Notes under the pieces: generated by a model
What the model saw: only the letters and a program-made list of their open reading frames with translations
Database searches by the model: none
Told to the model about the DNA's origin: nothing
Made by a program: the position numbers and the translations under genes
In this document: positions 9,944 through 19,700 of the stretch, piece after piece
Layout of the letters: the number at the start of each line of letters is the position of its first letter
Numbering within the stretch: position 1 is the first letter of the stretch
Source of the DNA: Candidatus Methanoperedens sp.
Lineage (GTDB): Archaea > Halobacteriota > Methanosarcinia > Methanosarcinales > Methanoperedenaceae
NCBI GenBank assembly: GCA_027460535.1
Contig: JAPZAR010000030.1
Span: 60,001 to 92,000 of the forward strand
DNA length: 32,000 nt
Direction: 5' to 3'

Positions 9944-10290
9944 TATAATTATAAAATCACGCGCGCCGACATGACCCCATGCAACCTCAAGCGCATCGTG
10001 AAAACCAGATTTTTTATGAGCGCTAAAGATAAAAACCACAGAGCGCACAGAGGACACAGAGAAAAACAAATATCTTGAAAATGCCTCCGGGCGGCGCTAG
10101 TCTCCGCAGCGGTCAGATCGCCATCCGAAAGCAGCGCCGCATATCCGTTGGGGGGCACCTGAGATCAGAATAACCTATGACAGCGCTGTATCGCGAATTC
10201 TTACCGCAAAGAACGCAAAGGGCGCAAAGATTTTGCTGCTACGCTTTGCGTTCTTGGCGCACTTTGCGGTGATTTATGTTTAGCAGTTCA
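9944..10290 (+). repeat. Intergenic repeat element copy R3 (longest; carries an extra hairpin module)
   Basis: Starts with tataaaat (9950-9957) followed by cgcgccgacatgaccccatgcaacctcaagcgcatcgtg. It then has the 9-mer tandem cacagagcg/cacagagga/cacagagaa and the core at 10093-10146. A 26-bp imperfect hairpin at 10204-10269 is built from cgcaaag 9-mers. Confidence 0.85.
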
Positions 10291-10304
10291 GTTTTATCAT
10301 AAAT

Positions 10305-10567
10305 TATGACATTCTAACTATAAAATCCCGCGCGCCGACCTGACCCTATGCAACCTCAAGCGCATCGTGAAAACCAGATTTTTGAAGAGCACTGAAAATA
10401 AAAACCGCAGATGAACGCCGATGAACGCAGATTGGCTGCCTGGAAAAACCCCTCCGTCCGGCGCTATCCTCCTCCACATTCCTCTCGCCATCCGAAAGCA
10501 GCACCGCATATCCGTCTGGAGGGAGCAGGGGACAGAATAACCAGCGGCACAGGACTACCAAGATATT
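10305..10567 (+). repeat. Intergenic repeat element copy R4
   Basis: acattctaactataaaat (10309-10326) is followed by cgcgccgacctgaccctatgcaacctcaagcgcatcgtg, the decamer tandem cgcagatgaa/cgccgatgaa/cgcagattgg, the core at 10460-10513, and ggacagaataacc. Confidence 0.85.
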
Positions 10568-10770
10568 TATTACATTCTAACTATAAAATTCTGCGCGCAA
10601 ACGTCCCCCAAGCAACCATCGACGCATCGTGCAAACCGGATTTTCAATCTTCACGATGAATAAAATCCACAGATTGTGCAGATTCGCGCAGATTGGCTGC
10701 ATGGAATCCCCGGCCGGCGCTGTCCTCCGCCGCGTTCATCTCGCCATCCGAAAGCAGCGCCGTATATCAT
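10568..10770 (+). repeat. Intergenic repeat element copy R5 (3'-truncated at the end of the giant gene)
   Basis: acattctaactataaaat (10572-10589) lies 263 nt after the same string in R4. The core is at 10716-10768. Homology to the other copies stops about 22 nt before the stop codon (10791-10793) of the giant ORF. Confidence 0.8.
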
Positions 10771-10790
10771 TCAACCTTTCACCTTTATAC

Positions 10791-13700
10791 CTAAATTACC
10801 AAGAACGATTGGAGTTCAAAGTGATGCCTGGGTTCACTTGGAACGGGCCTTTTCAAATTAAACAGTGCAACGAGACCATTAGCCTTTGCATCCGTGCCAC
10901 CGCCGCTTCTCCAAGGAATAGTTACATCCATAGCATTTCCAGAACAATGATTGCTAACACCAGGATAAGTGTTTGGGGCCCTGTGAGAATCACCTATTTT
11001 ATATCCTTCTGCAGCCTCGTTACCTTTTGCAGCCTCGTTACCTACATATTTGCTTATTGCATTCTGTCTGATTAAGACATACTGATCAATAAGGTCAAAA
11101 ATCTTCCATTCGGGTTTATACCATAAGTTGCCGTCCTCATCTACTGGGTGCGCTCTCAGGTTTTCTATCGGCACTCGATTATTCAAAATGGACCATGCGG
11201 TACTCCACAGATGGGCTTTTTTAGGCGAGCGTACTCCTTCGCCAAACTTAATATTACCGGAAACAAGGTGATTTATAAGCAAATAATCAGAAAGTGATTT
11301 CACATGATTATACAGAGTTGGGCTCAGTTGAACACCATCCAGTTCAAAAAAGAACTCTGGGTCGTATACAATTCGATAGGGGGTCAGGTGTGTTGAACTC
11401 CTCGCCATATATTTATCAAATATATCCATCATAGGCGAAATTAATATTACATCACTTAGAGAAATTTGCCCGCTTGGATCAATTTTATCTGCAGGGGCAG
11501 CATTTGCATAAAGGTATTCATGTAATGAAACTGGATCGAAAATATCGCCTTTATAGGAATCCATTGATATGAAACGCCCAATAGCCTGATTGTAATACCT
11601 TGCTCTAAGATAATAGAACCCTACATTGTGATCATATTGTTCTCCATTATAAAGATAGTTGTTGGCTGTGGAGCCAAATTGTTGTAACAAAAGTCCAAAA
11701 GCGTCATACATATAACTATCTGTTATTGTTCCATTGGAATCCGCTAGCTTTCTTGCGGACATATGGCCATCGTATAGATAATAAGATATTGAACCACTTC
11801 GATTCTGGCTGATGAGATCATCCCCATAAACATAGCTGACAATTGGCATATCTACTCCGTCAGTTTCGAGTAGTACCTGAGCATATGGCTGATTTCCATC
11901 CACCAGATATTTTGTAGTATCTGATCCATCAACTATCTTCTGGACTCGAATGTTATCTCCATTATAGGCATATTCCACAACAGAACTTCCTGAAACATCA
12001 GTTATATCTGCCTTGACTAATCTATTCTGGAAGTCGTATCTGTAGAGCACATTTTCTGTTGCATTGATTCTTTTCAGCGTGTTTCCGTTATTATCGTAAG
12101 TGAAACTGTTGTCCCACTCAGTCAGCAGCCTGTCATTGGCATCATAGGTATACGTTCTACTGGCGTCATCATCCATCTTTATCAAACGGTTCCCTACAGC
12201 ATCATAACTATAGTTGATCATCCGCAATCCCGATACCGGATCATTGATACTCTCATTCGTCAGCTTGTAAGTCTTATCGTAGCTGTAGTCCACCTTCCGT
12301 CCAGTATCTTCTACAACTCTGATCCTGTTTCCTGCAGGTGCGAGTGTGTAGGAATAGGATGAGATGACCCCGCCGACAGATTTACGGTTCAGCAGATTTG
12401 TCATGCGGTTCAGTGAATCATATGTATATTCCGCCACTGCGCCGTTCGGATATGTCACGCTGTCACGATTGCCCACGGCATCGTAGGTGTATGATGTTAC
12501 ACCACCATCAGGGTCGGTCACTGTCGATAGCCTGTTCAGAACATCGAAAGTATAGCTCGTAGTGCCTGAAGGAATGGTCAATAATACCCGATTCCCGGCT
12601 TCGTTATATGCATAAGAGAGGCTCCTGCCATCTGGATCGGTCTGTTTGACCAGCCTGTCACGGGCGTCATATTCATACGAAGTAACGCCTCTGCTATCGG
12701 TCACTGTCTTTCGCTGTCCGCTGGCAGTGTAGGTAAATATATCAGAACTGCCGTCGGGGAAGCTCTTTCTGGTGAGGCGACTGTTGGCATCGTAGGTGAA
12801 TGTCGTGGTATTCCCATTGAAATCGGTCTGCGATACCATATTCCCTGCCGCATCGTAGGCTGCGGTTTCAGACATCCCAAGCGGAAGCGTGCGCTTTGTG
12901 CGCCTGCCGAGCTTGTCATATTCAAATGAGGTGATGTGGTTGTTGGCATCTGTCTGGGAGACCATGTTCCCGGATTCGTCATAAGCATAGGCTGTTACCT
13001 GTCCAAGCGCATCAGTGACCTTCACCAATCTTTCCAGAGCATCATATTCAAACTGCATAGCATTTCCAGCCTGATCAGTTTCTGAGACCTTTATTCCCGA
13101 AGCATCGTATGCTATCGCAGTTGAAGTGCTGTCGGGATATATTGTCTTTATTTTTCTATTTCTGAAATCGTACTGGTACTGGAAAACACTGCCTCTGGCA
13201 TCGGTCATCTGGATTTGGTTGCCGTTATTATCGTATGCGTATGTGGTTGTATTACCCAACGCATCGATGACTGATATTTGTCTGCCTTCCGAATCGTATG
13301 TATAGCTCGTGGGATTGCCGCGCTCATTGATAACTCGCGTGATCCTGCCTGCTGCATCGTACTCAGTCTGCGTAATGTTTCCGTCTGGATAAATGGTTTT
13401 GATCATCCTGCCCAGCTTATCATAGGTGTACCTTGTCGTTCGCCCTGCACGGTCGATTGATGTGTTTTTCCTGCTCTCGACGTCATAGGTATAGCGCTCA
13501 TCTCTGCCATCCGGATATACCATTTTAACAAGGTTACCCTTTGCATCATATTCGCTCTGCAAGCGGTTGCCAAGTTTATCGATCGTGGCAACTTCTTTCC
13601 CATTAGCGTTATATTCTGTAGTGGTCAAATTGCCATAATGATCAATCGTCTGCACCAGCCGGTTTGCCTTATCGTACCCGTACTTCGTAATACTCCCTGA

Positions 13701-16700
13701 AGGCATTGTCTCGTTCAATTTGTTTCCGTTCTTATCATATGCGTATGTGGTTGTATCGCCCAGCGCATCGATGACCGATATCTGCCTGCCTGCTGCATCG
13801 TAAGTGTATCGCGTGGGATTGCTGCGCTCATTGATAACTTGCGTGACCCTGCCTGCTGCCTCATACTCGCTCTGCGTGAAGTTCCCGTCTGGATAGGTGG
13901 TTTTGGTCATCTTTCCCAGCTTATCATACGTGTAACTGGTCGTCCGCCCCGCACGGTCGGTTGATGTGATTTTCCTGTTCTCGACATCATAGGTGTAGCT
14001 CTCATCAGTACCGTCAGGATTCACCAGGCGCGCAAGATTGCCCCTCGCATCATATTCGCGCTCCATGCGGTTGCCCAGCTTGTCGATCGTGGCAGCTTCT
14101 TTTCCGATAGCATCATATTCGGTCGCGGTCGTGTTTCCGTACGGGTCGATGGTCTGCACCAGCCTGTTTGACTTATCATAATCGTACTGCGAAATACCAC
14201 CTGTTGGCGAAGTCTCGCTCAACCGGTTCCCGTTGGCATCATAAGTGTAGGCGAAAACATTCCCCAGCGTATCTGTCTGGCTTACCATATTGCCCGCGCC
14301 ATCGTAGGTGTAGGATGTCACACCGCCCAGCGGGTCAGTCATCCTGATGAGATTCCCTGCCGCATCATACAGGTTGGCGGTCACATATCCCAGCGGGTCG
14401 GTCGTGCTCAGCAGATTGCCGTTAGCGTCATAGGTATTCGTGGTGACATTACCCATGGCGTCAGTGGTAATCAGCATCTGTCCGCGGCTGTTGTAGGTGT
14501 ACGCGACAGTATTTCCCAGCGGGTCTTTCTGGCTCAAAAGATTGTCCTTGCTGTCATAGGTATAGTTTGTCGTATATCCCAGCGGATCGGTCTCTGAGAG
14601 CTTGTTGTCCCTGGCATCATACGTGTATTTTGTCACCCCGCCAAGCGGATCGGTCTTTTGCAACACGTTTCCTCTGTCATCATAGTCATAGGCTGTGATG
14701 CTTCCCAGGCGATCTTTCACGATCTCCTGCCGTGTGCCGATGTTGTGGGTGTATTCGATCCTGTTCCCGTCAGCATCCGTATGCGCGATTACCCTGCCAT
14801 CGTTATCGTATTCTGTCCGGGCGGGCTTGATTCCCCGCGGATCGACGATATCCACAAGACCGTGATCGGAATTGTAGGTGAACCTTGTGGTGCGTCCTTC
14901 CTGATCCGTGACGCTCACAAGATCGCCGTAGTAATCGTACTCGTACCGTATCGTGCTGCCCATCGGGTCAGTGATCTTTGTTATCCGTGCCAGTGCATCC
15001 CTTGTGAAGGTGACGCTCTTTCCTCCGGAGTGGATGATGCCCCCTGCGCCTATGGTTATGGTATTGCCGTTCGTGTCCCTGATACTCTCAAGTCCGGTCG
15101 GCTGGTTGGCGGTATAAACCGCGCCGTCCATCGTGGTGAGCTTGTAGCGGTTGGGATTGATCTCATTGAAATCTGCATCGTACAGTTTGTCGTCTTGAAG
15201 GTAATCGTATGTTACAGGATCAAGTGATTCAAGAGTAGAAAACGTTCCGGATTGAGCAGCAAATGTGAAATAGCCCTGAGCAATACCGGATTCATCTGCA
15301 TACGAAGTCACTGCCTGGACATCGAACTCCTGGTCGCGGGTTCCGGGAATACTCACAACTATGGTATGACTGCTGCTCGCGCTTACTCCCCATTCCAGGC
15401 ACGTACCAAATAATGATCTCTTACAATACAGCCCCCATCCTTCTCCTGGTACGCGATTCTCCTGAAGCTCTATCGACTCAAAGTCAAGAGTCCATCCGAT
15501 GCCGAAATCTCCCTTTGATTTGACCCTGCTGTCATATGTGCGGGTGACCGTGATGGGTATTCCTGCCATCGGGACGGTCAGGTCATTGAAGCTGATGGTG
15601 AAAGCACCGACTTTCATCTCGCCATCGATCTGGTATGTCTTTATGACATAAGCCGTATTCCCGCTTGCGTCCTCCGCAGTGAGTTTGATATCATAGAGAC
15701 CGTTCCTCATCGTTGTCGGGTCAAGCTTGCCCAGGACACCATTCGTTACCGATGAATTCCCGCCTGCGAAGGTGATGAATTCATTTTTATCTTTGGCCGA
15801 GTACTCAAGCCTGTAGCTGATAAGATTTGCATCACTGGCAGTGCCTGTGATATTTGTGGGAAAGGAGAACTTTGAATCATCAGCAGGGGAAGTGATCCCC
15901 ACCGTGGGCAGTATTATATCTCCAGGAGAGAGCACCCTGAATTCTGCTTTATCCAGTCCCTCATTTCCCGCAGCATCGAGTGCAGTGCCAACAGCGGTGA
16001 AGACACCCACAGCTGGAGAGCTATATGTTGCATTCCATGAAGCATCAAGCGCAACAGGTACGCCGTTCACGGTCAAAGATCGTGAGATCACACCTACATT
16101 ATCTGTGGCTTTAACGGTTATTGTGACGGGTTCACCAACATTTGCCTGCGGTATTACGATGACCTCAACTGCAGGTCGGATATAATCCGGGCCTGCCGGA
16201 GGCGCGACGGTCAATGTCTGAGCTGGACTTGAAATTCCGTCACTGGTTGCGTTTATCAGTGTAGTTCCCGGTGCCACAGATGCCGCCAGTCCAGAGGCAT
16301 TGATTGATGCTACACTGGTATTGCTTGATGACCAGACTGCAATTGATATGAGATTCTTTTTAGTGCCGTCTGAATACGTTCCATTGGCAATGAACTGCTG
16401 GGTCTGACCAATAGCTACGGTTGGATTTACTGGTGTAACTGTGATCGAGACAAGTTTTGCAGAGGTTACTGTCAGTGTCCTGGCCGGACTTATGATCCCG
16501 TCACTGGTTGCATTTATCTGGGTAGTTCCGGGTGCTACCGAAGTAGCCAATCCGGTGACATCGATCGTTGCTACACTGGTGTTGCTTGATGACCAGATTG
16601 CTGAAGAGGTGATGTTCTTACTGCTGCTATCTGTATAGGTTCCGTTGGCGGTGAATTGCTGGGTCTGACCCTGAGATATGGTTGGATTTAGAGGTGTTAC

Positions 16701-19700
16701 TGCGATTGAAACCAGTTTCGCAGGGGTTACGGTCAGGATCTCTGCCGGACTGGTTATTCCTTCGCTTGTTGCATTTATCAGGGTATTTCCCGGTGAAACA
16801 GATGTCGCCAATCCTGAGGCATCGATGGTCGCTACACTGGTATTGCTTGACGACCATGCTGCAATTGATGTGATATTCTTTTCAGTGCCATCTGTATAAG
16901 TTCCATTTGCTATGAACTGCCGGGTCTGACCCAGAGCTATGATCGGGTTCACGGGTGTTACTGCTATCGAAACCGGTTTTGCAGAAGTTACGGTCAGCGT
17001 CTGGGCAGGACTTGTTATTCCATCGCTGGTTGCATTTATCAGGGAAGTTCCGGGCGCTACCGAAGTAGCCAATCCGGCGGCATTGATCGTCGCCACGCTT
17101 GTATTGCTCGATGCCCATGTCGCAAATGATGTAATGTTCCTTATACTGCCATCTGAATAAGTTCCATTTGCGACAAACTGCTGAGTCTGACCCAGAGCTA
17201 TCGTGGGATTTAACGGAGTGATAGCGATAGACACTAATATTGCAGAGGTTACAATCAAGACCTGAGCCGGACTGGTTATCCCGGCGCTTGAAGCAGTGAT
17301 ACCGGTAGTTCCTGCTGCTTTTGATGTCGCAAATCCTGAAACATCAATAGCGGCTACACTGGTATTGCCTGATGACCAGGTTGCTGTGGAAGTAATGTTT
17401 TTTATACTCCCGTCTGAGTAGGTTCCATTTGCCATGAACTGTTTAGTCTGACCCAGGGATATTGTGGGATTCACAGGAGTAATTGCTATCGATACCAATT
17501 TTGCAGAAGTTACAGTCAAAGCTTGAGCCGGACTGGTTATCCCTTCGCTTGAAGCTGTAATGTTTATTGTTCCCGCTGATACCGATGTCGCTGTTCCTGA
17601 ATTATCTATAGTGACTACACTTGTATTGCTCGATGACCATGTTGCAATAGATGTGATATTCTTTGTACTGCCATCTGAATATGTTGCATTGGCCGTGAAA
17701 TGCTGTGTCTCACCCAGCGCTATGGCTGGATTTTTGGGTGTAACTTCTATCGATACCAATCTGGCAGATGTAACATTCAAAGTCCTTGCTGTTTCATTTA
17801 CCCATGTAGCGTTTATGTTTCCTGCTATATCGACTGTTCTCGTTCCTATCTCGTAAACTGTATCCGGAGCAAGACCTGTTGCATTGTAGTACGGATTGGA
17901 GATGTTATCTTTCCAGCTCCCGTTCAGGTATATCATCGTATGGTTGAAATCCGAATCCTGAGGATTCGACCATGTCCAGTTTATCCATGTCGTCCCGTTG
18001 ATGGATGCAAGATTTGTTATGCTTGCCGGCGGCGAATTATCCAGCAATGGCGCTGTTCTTGCGGTATGGTTGACCCATGTCTGGTTGATACTCCCGCAAG
18101 GTTGGGGTATATTTCGGAACGTACCAATAGCACTTAATATAGCATTTCGATTTCCATAAAACGTCGGTGGATATCTATCCCCTGTGAAGTACATCCTGTA
18201 CTGATCATCAGATATTCTAACAATTTCTCCCGGCGATACGATACTATAAGGGCCGCCTTCAAGCCCCTTATTATCTATGCGGATGCCGCATTCTTTACTC
18301 CATTTTAAACCGTCTGCTGATACAGCGGTCAAAAGGCGACTGTTCCATTGTGCATCCGCACCACTATAAGACAAGACAAATCTTCCATCTGAAAATTTAA
18401 TTATCCGAGGTGATGATACACCAAAACTATCATAGGTTCCACCAATGTTGATTCTTATTCCTTCTTCTTTTGTCCAGTTAAAGCCGTCAGTGGAAACAGC
18501 GCTAAGAATGCGGTAATTACCATATTGAGAATTCAAACCCTGATAGTACATTCTATAGGTCCCGTCTGATAACTCTACGATATTTGGACCCTCTGCTAAT
18601 ACAGTGTCATAAGTTCCACCATAGTCAATCCTTGTTCCTTGCTCTTTAGTCCAGTTTAAACCATCTGAAGATATCGCACTTAAAATTACCCCTCGTACCC
18701 ATCCTCCAAATGCGTATTCATGATCATAGTACATTCTGTAGGTTCCATCGGAAAGAACTAATACTTCCGGTTCATTTGCCCAACCTTCCTGACCTCCATA
18801 ACCCTCCCCAACTCGAATGCCACTTTCTTTTGTCCAATTCATAGCATCTGAAGAAATCGCACTTCGTATGTTCGTCGGATAAGTATAAGGGGGAACGGAT
18901 GAAGCATCTGAATGATACATCCTGTATTTTCCATCTGCCAATTTGACGATACTGGGATTACTTGCCCAGCCACCATCCAGCCTGATGCCACTTTCAACCG
19001 TCCAGTTCGAACACGGCTCGATACAATCGACAACATCACTTAATCTGGCGGATATGGTGTGTTCTGTATCCTGTGAAAAACCTGTTGCATTGTAGAATCG
19101 AACGCCTTTTGAAACATTGGTCTTGAATATGCCGTCGATGTATATCATTACCTTTGAGAAATCCGAATTTCCCGGTTCTGTCCATGTCCAGTTGATATAG
19201 GTCGGAGCATAGCTTTTGTTTGTCAGGTTGGTTATGCTCGGGCAGGATGTTGTGTCAGTTACAGGCGCCGTCCTTGCAGTGTGATTTACCCAGGTCTGAT
19301 TTATGTTGCCATAAATATCCACAGTCCTGGTCGCAATAATATGCTCTGTATCCGGAGCAAAACCAGTTGCATTAAAGAATTGCACTCCTCTGGCGATATT
19401 ATCTTTGAATACGCCATCTATCCAGACGCTTACACTGGCAAAGTCAGCATCCGCAGGATCAGTCCATGTCCAGTTGATATAGTTCCGGGCATAGCTTACG
19501 TTTGTCAGGTCAGTGATGCTGGCAGGTGGTGTTGAATCACATGATACTTTCTCAGCGCCCACGCCGACCAAGAGATCGGGGGAGGTGTATTTGCGGGCAT
19601 AAATATAATCCCAATCGGCATACGAGCCTGCAGTTGCCCAGACAGTAGAAGAAATAACCACTCTTTGGGTTGCCTCGACTGGTGTGGTTAATGTAGCTGA

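Noticed and set aside
8050-10770. The possibility that the repeat array is a CRISPR array.
   Set aside because: The units are 160-350 nt, internally modular and contiguous in places (R4/R5). They are not 25-40-nt direct repeats separated by unique spacers, and no cas genes are in the window.
8922-10770. Canonical integron attC sites within the repeats.
   Set aside because: I could not find the R''/L''...L'/R' organisation with RYYYAAC and GTTRRRY boxes, and no integrase is visible. I keep only the looser 'cassette-like' hypothesis.
8063-11075. ORFs lying within the repeat elements (8063-8266, 9949-10158, 10318-10509, 10346-10561, 10411-10659, 10629-11075, 10676-10861).
   Set aside because: Their apparent conservation (e.g. 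RHPKAAP, FTMRLRLH) only reflects nucleotide-level repetition. Frames are broken differently in each copy, there is no RBS, and substitutions are not biased to third positions. I considered and dismissed them as immunity candidates, although this deserves an experimental check.
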